Part shown: one piece after another, positions 50,891-62,745 of the stretch
How the letters are laid out: every line of letters starts with the position of its first letter
How positions within the stretch are numbered: the stretch's first letter is position 1
Position numbers and translations under genes: made by a program
DNA from: Podarcis melisellensis
Taxonomy: Eukaryota
Length of the DNA: 64,000 bases
NCBI GenBank assembly: GCA_964234715.1
Contig: OZ174277.1
Direction: 5' to 3' (one strand)
Notes under the pieces: model-generated
The model's input: the letters and a program-made list of their open reading frames with translations, nothing else
What the model was told of the DNA's origin: nothing
Databases searched by the model: none

Positions 50891-51300
50891 CTTGCTGTGA
50901 CATCCAGGTTCAGGATTCTGGTTTAGCTCTCTCCAGGCTAACCACAAACTGTAACCAAAGTTTGTCTTAGGTTTACAACTTGCAGTTTGTCTGGCAGAGC
51001 TATGCTTAGCTGAGTGCAGTACAACAACAAAACAAGTGAAGAGGAGCAAAGCAGCTGCGATCATGTCTCCCAAGAGCCAATAAGCTCACATTTTTGTACT
51101 AATTCATGGTTTGGCTTAGCAAACCAGATAACTGGAATATGTACCTTATTACTGTATACTGTAGTTCCCACATGCTGGCACTAATCTAGCAAAAGCTAAC
51201 CACTACCAAGTACCACTGATACCAAGGGAAGAAATTATTCACCATGAAGCTTAGCTGGTGCCTTCCACAATTTCCAGAGGAGCACCCATGTTAGCTTGTG

Positions 51301-51600
51301 GCAGCAAAAATATAGTCTCTAAACATATTACATGAGTCCAAGAACTTTATTATCGTGCAAGCTTTCGTGGACTTAAAATCAACACTCTTGTGATAATAAT
51401 GAATTGTTTTGTGTACATAAGACTTAACCCAACCAACATGGAATTTATTGCATTTCCTTTCAATTTGACTATTCTGTAGATGTACCTGCCAACTCATGGA
51501 TAACATTCCGTGCACCTGGTAAAGTGAACACTAGTCCACAAAACCTTATTGCTGTAAAGAAGGTATTTTATATCTAAGGTGCAACAGGACTCCTTGCTGC
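51301..51600. mobile_element. Penelope-like element remnant with two termini in inverted orientation
   Basis: Left: ctttattatcgtgcaagctttcgtggact. Right: agtccacaaaaccttattgc...ctaaggtgcaacaggactccttgctgc. Confidence 0.6.
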
Positions 51601-52654
51601 TTTAGTTTCTGTGGGTTTATGGCCACTATGTGCAACTTTTCTATCAGAGGGTTGTGCTGACTGAGTCATGACGCGATATCCTTGTGAGGCTATTCAAATT
51701 ATTTTCTCTGCAAGACCTAAGTCCAGGGAAGGAACAAGATAGGTCATACCTTATTAACTTTTGAACGTTTAGGCAGGTGGGCTAGTACCATTTTTTTGTG
51801 GCTAGTAGCAAGCACAACTGCACTACAGAATGGAATGCTATTATTGCTAGTATTGCTTACTACATTTTTTAGAAGTTCAGCTGAAGGATATGTAGAGGTC
51901 ACTAATTTCTTCAAGAAATTAAAAAGACAGTTATTTTATGAAAAAACAGTTTTCTTTTTCCTTTCTTTGGATGGTACAAATTACATATTTGTTTAGAAGT
52001 TACACAGATGCTGATAGTGGCAAGAACCAGTTCATATCATTACAATCCAATTTTACATAACATTAGATTCTCTAATAATGGAAGCCTCAAATGAACTCTG
52101 CAATGCCTTCCTCAATTTATAACAAGCAAAACAGAAAGGGATGCAGCTGTACACCTACAAAAATGAAATTTTCAGATAAGGGAAGCATTTTCTTCAGCAA
52201 CAAGGAGCGGCGCTGCTATTTTTACATGCATTAGGAAGCACATGGCATAAAATCCAGGCACTCAGCTTTCATCCTTGCAGCTGCAGTACATAAAACATGA
52301 AGATAGCACCTTAACATCTTCCATGTTTAGGGGATTTAGAATCTGTATGTGCGTGACACCTTGCCCCTTCCTCATAGTTCCTGACCACGCTTCCACATTC
52401 ATCTCTCTTCTCTGACCTATTATTTATCTACCACTATCCCCACACAACAAACTTCCACATATGAGACTATTGGAATACGTTTCCCAAGAAAATCCAAAAA
52501 TTGACTATTTAAGAAATGCTGCAAAATAATTTTATTCTAGTAAATCTACATAAATTTTGTTAAGTGTTCAATATTAGAATACTATTTTATGAACATTTCA
52601 GATATCAAAGTACAATATAAAATGTTAAGTATCTTGAACTTTACTTAAGCCTGA

Positions 52655-52964
52655 GCTTAATCTGGCACCCATGGGCACCACAACATCCTCAGACATACTC
52701 TTTAGAGCCCGCCCGGGCCCTGTGCTTAAACCATTTTTATTTTTTTTAACTGAGGCTGAGGGGTTTTTTGGCTTTGGGGTGTTATTGAAGGAGAGTGTTA
52801 CTTGCTTTTTTGTCAGTTTTAGGGTGTGTGTGCATGTTTTGGCCACTGGCAGGAGGTGTTCTGAGCACTGACAGTTTCTTCTGCAATATGGGCATTTACA
52901 GTGCCCACAACAATTCCAAGATTTCTAGATGTGCCCCCAGGTCCAAAGAGGCTGAGAAACTCCG
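52655..52964. mobile_element. Degenerate hAT-type non-autonomous element
   Basis: 'tggcacccatgggcacca' near the start and the hAT-like end 'gtgcccccaggtccaaagaggctgagaaactccg'. Confidence 0.4.
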
Positions 52965-54543
52965 ACTAAAGTTATTCCACATACAGAATTGGTTAGATAT
53001 GATTTAAGAAACTATTTAAGGAACTTAAGGACAGAAACTTTGTGAATGAGGCATGCCATCATCTACCTTTCTCTTGCTACTAACAGCCATTTACTCTTTC
53101 AAAGACTAAAATTTGTTCATTGTAATATCTCATTCTTCAATCTGACAGTTCCCAGGGAAGCATTATTTTCACTTATTAGTCAAGGCATACTAAAAGGCAA
53201 CCCCAAACACATCTTGGCTCCTGCTAAAGCAAGCACTGTGCTAATATCTGTATTCTACGGTGGGCAAAGTATAATATTTGGGATATCTCTCACAAAAGAG
53301 GTGTTCCAAGCCCCCTTTGAAAAGGCTGTTAAAAATTGTAGAAGCAGCCTTCAACAAAGGAAACAGTGGCCTGGTCAAAGGTATATGATCTAGGCTTAAT
53401 AAATGAACACACACAAACAAGACTTGTGCCTGCACTTCTGTTGTTAATGTCATTCTGTGGCCTTTCTCCCTTCTCAGTCTGCAACAATCGAAAATCTCCT
53501 GGTTAATTAACCACGGCTTCTTGCTATGTCTAAACCTGGAAACTACAGTTACCAAACTGCAACAAACCAGCATCTTAAAATCAACTTCGAACTACTGTCA
53601 AATTTCAGTTGAAAAGGTATAAAACCAACCAGGGCAGCATCTGTTTTTGTACTAATTCAGAAGTACTATGGCAAAAAATTAAGATTCAACAAGAGGAGAG
53701 AATTTTAAAAGGCGATAGAGAACTCCCTGCTAATACATAAACACTTTATAATAATGCCAAGGGCAGCATATCTTCTATGTCACTATCTTCAAATGATTTC
53801 CAATTCAGAGAGGCTCCCAGGATGCAAGGATAAGCAGTACAAAAAAGTTGTCTAATCTATGAGTGAAAGTGACAATGACAAAACTAAGTATTCATTTCCT
53901 GGCCTTTATGGGCATGTTCAGTTCATAGCATTTGCAGGCATGTCCTTGAAAGGGACAAACCCTGTGCAATCTGTTATGAAGCAGAGTAGTCAAGTTTTTA
54001 TACTAAGTGATTAATGAGCTGACAAGCAGAGTTAACACAACTGTACTAACTGTTAAGATTAAAACAATTATACAACTGGTGTGTGATGAAGAACATAAGG
54101 CCCTTCATGCAGCAACAGGCACAGGGAGAAGAGAACCATAAACATACATTTAAGAGTGACTCCAAAGAGGCAAGCTGAGCAATTGCTCTGCTTAGGAAAG
54201 TAATGCCTATGAAAACATTGGTAAAGTGAAAAACCAACTATAGACATGACACAGTAGTTCCAAAGAGAAGCTGAAAGGTTAGGGAGCATAAAAGTACGGG
54301 TATCATTCACTTCCAGCTTTTGTTCTGCTGGAAGCAATATTTTCCAAGTATTAGCTTTAAAGGGGAAAAGGAATAATGGTGTCTATAATGAGCTATCCAA
54401 GCAACTATTGATTTGCTTAGATTAAAAAGTTTATCAGTGCAGAGCTGAAACTGATGGAACCAACAGCTGATCGGCGGCAAAAACTACCATGGCAACACTG
54501 GGAAATGATATGAATATATTCTCCTGCCCATTTACCAAAATTA

Positions 54544-54758
54544 CAGTGGTACCTCGGGTTAAGTACTTAATTCGTTCCGGAGGTCCGTACTTAATCTTTA
54601 CCTGAAGCACCACTTTAGCTAATGGGGCCTCCTGCTGCTGCCGCGCCGCCGGAGCACGATTTCTGTTCTCATCCTGAAGCAAAGTTCTTAACCTGAGGTA
54701 ATATTTCTGGGTTAGCGGAGTCTGTAACCTGAAGCATATGTAACCCGAGGCACCACTG
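54544..54758 (+). mobile_element. Tigger/pogo-like MITE family A
   Basis: TA|cagtggtacctcgggtta...taacccgaggcaccactg|TA, with CpGs retained. Confidence 0.93.
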
Positions 54759-57321
54759 TATCTGGGAAGACATCTGCTCTGTGCCTCCTCCTCCAGAACT
54801 GGCAGTTCTTCAGGGCAGGGTCTTTTTTCTTTTACAGTAGCAACACAATTGCAGAACCTGTGTTTCATCTACGGGAGGGAAAACTGCGGTCTAACAGTGT
54901 TTATAATGCTAAACAAAACTTGTGTCTTAATCACACACACACACACAAAATTATTAAGTATGCTGATGTGAAAGTCAAAAACCCAAAGGCTTGTGATAGG
55001 CATGCAGCGTCAAAGTTCACATTAATAATAACTGAAGCCAAATTTAAAATTTCATGTGGCTTTTAAAAAAATAAATGTTTTTTAAAATTATAAATACTTT
55101 GATTCATTCTTATTGTCTTATTCATTCTTATTTATAATTAAAGATCATGTTTCAATCCTTTTGAAAATTAAAATCAAAATAAAACAATTATGGGAGCCAG
55201 GTTTGAAGGGGGTCTGTGGAGTTTTTATATTCGCTTAAAAGGGGCGTGAGTTTAAAAGGCTGAGAAACCCTGCTTTACATGTTTGCTCTACATGTGGATG
55301 GCATGTGAGAAAGAAACTATTGTGGTTTAAATATTATATTCAAAGCTTTAATTGGAAACTCTTGCTTGTAATCCTTGTAAGACACAACAATTGAATAGCA
55401 CGTGCTTCCTCTGCGTGGCTTAAATTAAGAAAGAATAAAGCACTGAAACCAACTAACACATTAATTTTAACATGCCCAGAGAGCTATGCATTAGATAGAC
55501 TTTTGCAAAAGTATAAGCTGAAAAACACAATGGATAGTATTCAACCAAATTTTAATCAGAATTGATCTACTGAAATAAATCTTAGATTCATGCGAATTAA
55601 TTCCCCAAGTAAAACATGGCTGAATACCATCCAGTGAATCACTACTTTAAAAGTTCCCAGCTTGACTGGTATTACCTATTCATTATTTTACTAATCTTAT
55701 GAAATATTTTGTTTTGGTTTTTTCCCCCATGGAAAATCTAAAACCTCACCTCACTGCTGATAGTATGGTAAGCTAACTGGAATTGTGGTTAAATGCAACT
55801 GCAAAACACATTATTGGTTTTGCTCTATAGCCTACAAGAATACCAAATGGCACTTAACCAAGTGAAAGGTCACAAATCTAAAGGCACGTTTAATTAGTAA
55901 TTAGGAGTCTAACAAGACTATACAAGATATCCTTCAAGTGTATATGCAATAAATAGGGCTTACTGAGACAGTTATGTATGCTAAAATCACAAAGATGACC
56001 TCTCAACATGTCCACTATACACTTCAAACTTCCAATGCTTTATAAGTTGGATGAATTATTTGCTTTGAAATACCACAGTAGCAGAATTGTAGCCTGGACA
56101 TGCTTTTCACCCAAGTCTTCCAAGTTTAGGATTAACAGGAAATTGGTCCAAACTTGAATAGACTTTCATCACTTCCTTGTCAATTTCCATTTATGTTGTC
56201 CACAAAGTGGCAAAACTTTGCTTTGTATACGAATGATAATTAGATCTTATTAGAACGATAATTAGATCTTATTAATTAGTCCCTTCATCACATCTCATAC
56301 TAATCATGCATGTATGCGATTCTACTTAACAGTCATTTAACCTTTCACCTTACCTGATGGATTCAGAGTATTAAGCACCATCTTTTAAAGTGGTACAAAG
56401 CAAGTTTCAAATAATTCTAGAGCACCAGTTTTTTTTAATAACTAAAAGATTTGTTTTGTAACTAAAAGGCATCTCATGCAATGACTCCCTTGACCTTATT
56501 GCACCCCCTCCCCAAACAACCTGAATGTTTGGAGACCCTCAGGTAAAGGGTGGGAACAGCCTACATAAGAAGATATCCTTGTTTCACAAGCATCTGTCCA
56601 ATTTTAAGCAATTTACCGCTTCGCAATGCAGCTTTCAATCCCAACTCAAAGCAGCAGAAAGAAAGGGAGCACAGGGGAAGTCCTAATGTGTCTTTTGCTA
56701 ATCTGCAGATAAAACCCAAAACATTTCAAATTGGTTGCTTTAATTTATTCTTTGGTTTCATTTTTCCTTTTTATTGCTCGTTTATGACATACTTCGAGCA
56801 CTTTCTCTTTTTTAAATCAGGTGGAGAATACATTTCTTAGTAAAATAAAAACAGCAAACAGTCAACATTGAGAAAACACTTGAAACCGTAAAATGTCAAG
56901 GCCCAACTAGTAAAAGGAAGGCTGCTTGCTTGCACACTGCATTTATATTCTTGGGAAAGGGCACGAAAGCAATGGCAAGAAGTTCATGTAACAGATTTAC
57001 AAGCATAATTTATAAATTGCTGCTACTTCTTTGCTAACATATGTGCCCCTGTAAATTAAGTAAAGAGCTTTAGGAAACACTTACGGTAAATATATTCTTA
57101 ATAGTTGAAGTATGCAGCAAGCCTTAATCCAGGAAAAAGTTTAGTTTATTAATTTGTAGGCACCAACTTTAGTCAGCTCAATCTGTGAAGTAAGAACAAG
57201 TTTGCTTTTTTTTTGGAAGTTGTTTGATTCTAGTTTATTACTTTAAAAGGGAACAGAAATGCAAAATATTAAAAATGGTTTTTACTTCAAACAGCCAGCA
57301 ACTCGGGATGAGTGAATAGGA

Positions 57322-57338
57322 AACCCGAGGTACCACTG
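57322..57338 (+). mobile_element. Solo terminal inverted repeat of MITE family A
   Basis: aacccgaggtaccactg|TA is identical to the right TIR of the 36078 and 59961 copies. Confidence 0.75.
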
Positions 57339-59960
57339 TATATTAACATGAACATCAATTTGTAAGTTGGACTGCTTTCTTGGAACATCAATCAACTTAA
57401 ACATCAAATTTCCAAGCCAAACAAAAAAGTTGTCTAAAAGTTAATTGAAACAAAAACAATAATTGCTTGTGGCTGAACCCTTCTTCTCTGAACAGGCAAT
57501 TGCCTCTCTCTACAACAGGTAGTGAATGTTGGCCTAACCCAATATCACACTGTTAGGGAAGCCCCACCCCCAAAGTTTGTGTTTGGTGTGTGAACAAGAG
57601 GAGTCTCTCTCTATGCATGAGGTCTCTAGAGCTAGCACTCAATGAGTATATGTTGATGGCAGAACTAGCAGTACACTTTCATTCCGTGTTCTATACATAA
57701 AGCATAATTGATCCTGGTTTGTAGGGAGTGCTTAAACACGTGAGGGCTCCTTTTTCCCATTAAGAGTCACTGACTCACGGGGGGGGGGGGACTGAGTGTT
57801 CATTTTTCCCCCCTATGCACATTTCTGAAAGTGCGGGTTGATATCCCATCACCTTCAAGACTTCAGAAACTGTATGATCTCCTAATCCAACGTACTGGCA
57901 TTATTGCTTAAGTTTGAATAGTTTACAATGACACTGTCCGCATGCAATGGAAAGCCACGGTCTAAAGCAAACCATTGCTTACTATGAACAAGCAGTTTAC
58001 ATTCTTTTAATCATACCAGCCCTTCTCCCCGTCAGTACTCCACCAGGAGGAAACAAAGGAGAGCACTGGATTAGCATGAATTGTTTTCCTCAAACAAGCC
58101 AGACTCAGAAAGCCAAGAGCAACCCTTATTCTCTGTTTGTGGTTAACTGTAGTGAAAGAAACCATAAGCATGGATTATCATGCGATACTAAGACAGTGCT
58201 CTGGTTATCTCCTGCATAGCACAGGAAAAAAAGGAATGGGTGCAATTGAGCTTGTTGCCCATTCCTAGTAAGACATCTTGTTTACCATTGTGTGAACCAG
58301 GCTAATCACTTATACAGACCAGGAAGCATGCACCTATAAGTCTGTAGGGCAAACTCATGTGTAATCAAATGCACACAAATCTAATTGTTAATGAAATAAG
58401 TAAGCATACCAGCACCTATCTGTGGGATAATCATCATCCTTAGAACAAAGATTTGTGGCAGAATTTCACAGATACAGTCAGCAGCGAGTTTCCATGTTAA
58501 AAAGTTAGAAAGTGCTGCTGTTATCACTAAACTGTTGCCAGCTGTTTGCGCAATCTGCCAATTCACACACATGGTATTTGCCTGGCCAAGCCACTCTGCT
58601 CACAAATAATTCACAGGTACAAATTGGCACTGCATGATCTACAGAAGCATGTTCTAATCTATGCAGCAGAAATTAACTGATGTCGATTTATGCTTTAATG
58701 GGTTTTGCTATGTATGTGGTATACCACCATGATATATTTTTATGAAAGTGTGGATTATAGACACTTAAACTACAGAGGAAATATCTGCTCTTTCAGCCCA
58801 CTTTGCTCAAGGAATCAGTTTCTGAAATTCTGAATACTGTTGTTGCAACCAGCTGAGGAAACAGCCTCTCAAAGTTTGAGCCTCTCAAAGTCTACTTGTG
58901 TGACTTTTAAAAATCAAATGATCCAACAAATAACCTTTGATCCTTCTGAATCCCTGGTTTTAGGGTGGGGGAACAATGCCTTTTCCATATATTTGGAGTG
59001 GAAAGGTACTACAAAATGTTCCGGGGGTGGGATCATAATTCACATGCTTGTGGTACCACAAAGAGAAACCAAATTCAGACAGGTTGTGTGTACCAGAACA
59101 CACTAAGAATAAATTCCCCATTAAGAGAAAATATCATAATGTTAAGATTCCAAGTAACAAATCAAAGGTAATGATTAGCTGCATAAGCCTAGTAAACAAG
59201 TCCATTCTGCTCTCCAACTATTTACATTTAAGTAATTTATAAAGGAATAAACCTCTTGCAATGAGTTACCATTTGCTTTGCACAAGTGCACTCAACCTTC
59301 CAGTATAAATACTGCAGTAGTTTTAATTAAAGTTACATGATTTAAAAAGTTTTAAAAGCATCAGCTGGAAAAACGTGCACTTGTAAATAGAATGTTTGGC
59401 CAAACCCTCATGAATGTGATTGTGATTAGCCCTGAGGAACCCTATAATTTTTCAGCTTCTTTATTCTCATTTTCTATGCTAAGGAAAAAAAATCTCAAGC
59501 TTTAGGCATGATCAAATTTTGGAGTTACGTGAATCACTGTCACACTTTTCAGAATTTGGTCTTCTGAATTAAAGGGATATGGGCAAAGCAGCAGAATTAT
59601 CTTCTTCCCAGGAACTCTGTCCAGACATATTTTCAAAGAATATGAATGGTGTGTAATGTGCCTCACAAATGCTTCAACTTATGTCAGACGAAAAAGGATG
59701 TTTGGTCTTTAAAAAAATTACCACAATACTGTCAACTAATATACAAAATGGCTCACCCTTCTAATGGCTCACCTTTCTAACACTTTAAGACAATGTGACT
59801 ATGGAACATATAAAGAGACAGATTCTCACTAACTTGTTTACCACTGACATAACACTGGTTGCCCCAACTTTCAAACAAAAGGCCCACAAGTTCGTTAAAA
59901 ATCAGTGAGAGATGTAACTGTGTCAATCTGTTGCAGGACCGTTTTTAAATAGTTATTGTA

Positions 59961-60165
59961 CAGTGGTACCTCAGGTTAAGTACTTAATTCATTCCAGTGC
60001 GTTCTTAACCTGAAGCACCATTTAGCTAATGGGGCCTCCTGCTGCTGCCGCGCCGTTGGAGCATGATTTCTGTTCTCATCCTGAAGCAAAGTTCTTAACC
60101 TGAGGTAATATTTCTGGGTTAGCGGAGTCTGTAACCTGAAGCGTATGTAACCCGAGGTACCACTG
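59961..60165 (+). mobile_element. Tigger/pogo-like MITE family A
   Basis: TA|cagtggtacctcaggtta...taacccgaggtaccactg|TA. Confidence 0.93.
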
Positions 60166-61584
60166 TATACAAGTAAGTCTTTTCCTTTTGTGGGCTAGCA
60201 TATGTTTGAGCTTTCATTGTATCTGGTATATTACTATAGCTTAATTTTCTTGTCTATGATTAAAAACATCCAAGATGAAAAACTTCTAATTCTTGAAAGA
60301 CCAATCTCTAGAGAAGAATCTTGTCAAGCATGGCTTTTCGCTGATGGGAATAGAAGCAGGAGCCATCTCTCTCAGGGATCACAGTTTATCCCAGTACATC
60401 AGTGGAAGATTGCTTCCAGAGTGCTTTTTCTTCTCCTCGCTCCTTTCTTCAGCTTCTAAGGACAAAACATTTCTGGCCTTTCTTTGTCAGACCTTCTACT
60501 GTCTGATCAGCCTCACCTGGGGAAAATGTTCTAATCTCCAACTTAATTTCTTCCTTTACTTTTCAGAACAAAGCAATTTTTATACAAAAATAGTCTTTAG
60601 CCCCAAGGATATAGGGTGACATTAACTGCAAATTCATTTCAGTGGTCTAGAGAATTAATTTCTCTTAAATTAAGAAATGTTTGAGCTTGGAAACACTGAA
60701 GAATCATTTCAGATATCAGATTAATAGGAATAAGAAAAAGAAACAATAAGGATTATGTTCCACACTTTTTATTATGTTTTACCATGGCCATATTGTGTAT
60801 TCACCTTCTATATAGTGATACTTGTGCATGAAACAACATATAAGTTCTGATAATTTTTCTGGCCCTGCTACTCTTCTGAAAAATTTAGGCAATTCCAATA
60901 ATTCAATAAATGAGGGCAAAGTTCTCGGCATGTCCTCTGTTCCTTAAAAACTACATTGCTATATGGAGGTTTGGGCTGAGATGAGTATGTTGGCACACAA
61001 CTCTACCACTCATTTTGGAATTCAAGTTATTTGTGTGGGATTTTGGGGTTGTTGGCTACATGTGCTGAGGAAGCTCAGTCAAGTGGTTAAGCTCACCAAA
61101 GAAAACAGCCATTTAGAAGTGTTGGCCTTTAGTAGGCCAACACCAACGTATACCACTATACACACTATTTACAGATGTTGCAAATAGTCTTCCCTCTCTG
61201 AGTCCAGAGAGGGGTCTTTGCTTCAAAGTCCTTGCTGTGTTAAAGACCACAGCCAAACCCAAAGTTCAATTGCTTTCAAAGTCCTGCAACTGATAGGGTT
61301 CTGAGCTCTGAAGACTGGCAATTTTCCAACTTCTTCCTCCTAAAACCACTTCAAATAATCTTCATTTCAATCCACAGATAGCCTTCAACAATCCCTGCAG
61401 TCTGCTACTATGAACTGCACAGTATGCTGTAACCGGAGTTCTTTTATATCCAAAGTCACTTGCCAAATCTGCCTGGTAATACAGATAAGGGAGTCAAAAG
61501 ATGACTTATTCCCCACAATGCACCTGCAGACATCTCTGCTGATTCATGGAGAATTAACCCATTAACTGTATTCCTTAATGTGGA

Positions 61585-61714
61585 AGAGGTGTGGGGAACC
61601 TTTGGCCCTCCAGATGTTACTGAATGACAATTCTCCTCAGCCTCAAGAAGCAGCATGGCCAATGGCCAGGGATGATGGCAGATGTAGTTCAGCAACATCT
61701 GTAGGGCCAAAGGT
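61585..61714. mobile_element. Short palindromic hAT MITE (family B)
   Basis: acctttggccctccagatgttactgaa pairs with ttcagcaacatctgtagggccaaaggt. Confidence 0.8.
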
Positions 61715-61999
61715 GTAGGAGAAAGATAAAACCACCAAGTTCATCTTAAGTGCCTATATTCCAGTCTTGTAAAATTGTCAGGGATATGAAACTTTCTGGA
61801 GGATATTGGTACACCAGAAGCAACAAGATAAAGTAGGAATCCTGTCAGTATATTATATTAATATGCTGGGATTGATCCTCAGATTGCATAAAGGATGGAA
61901 TGAATTGAAACAATTTCTCTTCTTTGACATGTTTTCATGGGCTCCACAGCTCCAGACCCTTCGAGGAAGATGCATTTAGCCGAGTCTAGTAACATTTGT

Positions 62000-62357
62000 C
62001 AGGACGTGGGTGGTGCTGTGGGTAAAACCTCAGCGCCTAGGGCTTGCCAATCGTCAGGTCGGTGGTTCGAATCCCTGCGGCGGGGTGCACTCCCGTTGCT
62101 CGGTCCCAGCGCCTGCCAACCTAGCAGTTCGAAAGCACCCCCGGGTGCAAGTAGATAAATAGGGACCGCTTACTAGTGGGAAGGTAAACGGCGTTTCCGT
62201 GTGCTGCACTGGCTCGCCAGATGCAGCTTGTCATGCTGGGCACGTGACCCGGAAGTGTCTGCGGACAGCGCTGGCCCCCCGCCTCTTAAGTGAGATGGGC
62301 GCACAACCCTAGAGTTGGACACGACTGGCCCGTACAGGCAGGGGTACCTTTACCTTT
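62000..62357 (+). mobile_element. Full-length Sauria SINE with a 13-bp TSD
   Basis: Head gggtggtgctgtgggtaa (A box) and ggttcgaatcc (B box), tail acctttacctttt, and TSD tagtaacatttgt at 61987-61999 and 62358-62370. Confidence 0.95.
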
Positions 62358-62417
62358 TAGTAACATTTGTATGATGCAAGATAACCAGCAAGAAATTAAA
62401 ATAGTAAACCGCCTGTT

Positions 62418-62530
62418 GGTTTAATCCGGCCCCTGTGGGTCAACAACTTTGGTTGGCCCTGTGGTCGGCCCTCACAGCCCTCCACTTCATCAAATCTGGC
62501 CCTCTTTGAAAAAAGTCTGGACACCACTGA
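62418..62530. mobile_element. hAT MITE terminal fragment
   Basis: ggccc repeats ending 'ggccctctttgaaaaaagtctggacaccactg'. Confidence 0.6.
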
Positions 62531-62562
62531 AAGGAAGCTAAGGAAGGAGAAGGGAATCAGTT

Positions 62563-62745
62563 GAACATATATGAACATACCAGCCTGTCATATACTAAGT
62601 CAGACCTCTGGCTCATCAAGCTCAGTACTGTCTACATTGAAGGGGTCCAGGGCTGCAGACAGGAATCTTTCCCATTCCTGAGCTATTCAGGGATTGAATG
62701 TGGAACCTTCTGCATGCAAAGCATCTGCTGTGCCACTAACATTCA
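62563..62745 (-). mobile_element. tRNA-derived SINE (Squam3-like)
   Basis: Minus-strand head agtggcacagcagatgctttgcatgcagaaggttccacattcaatccc, with a CR1-like tail ending tatgttc...atgttc. Confidence 0.7.

Larger units (their letters stand above)
50283..51120. mobile_element. Old palindromic non-autonomous DNA element hosting nested CR1 and SINE insertions
   Basis: Left arm gctaaaccaaaccatagcttagt pairs with right arm actaattcatggtttggcttagc. Inner arms tttgttcctctt and aagaggagcaaa also pair. Confidence 0.6.

Noticed and set aside
54434-54868. Longest ORF in the track (144 aa)
   Set aside because: It runs through a non-coding MITE and shows no transposase or other domain.
56340-56365. Recursive splice site (CAG|GTAAG on the minus strand)
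   Set aside because: There is no polypyrimidine tract before the AG.
57779-57790. Poly-G runs (also about 99-112, 467-479, 12587-12598 and 49874-49886) as functional G-quadruplexes
   Set aside because: They are scattered homopolymers with no pattern, and their lengths are unreliable in assemblies.
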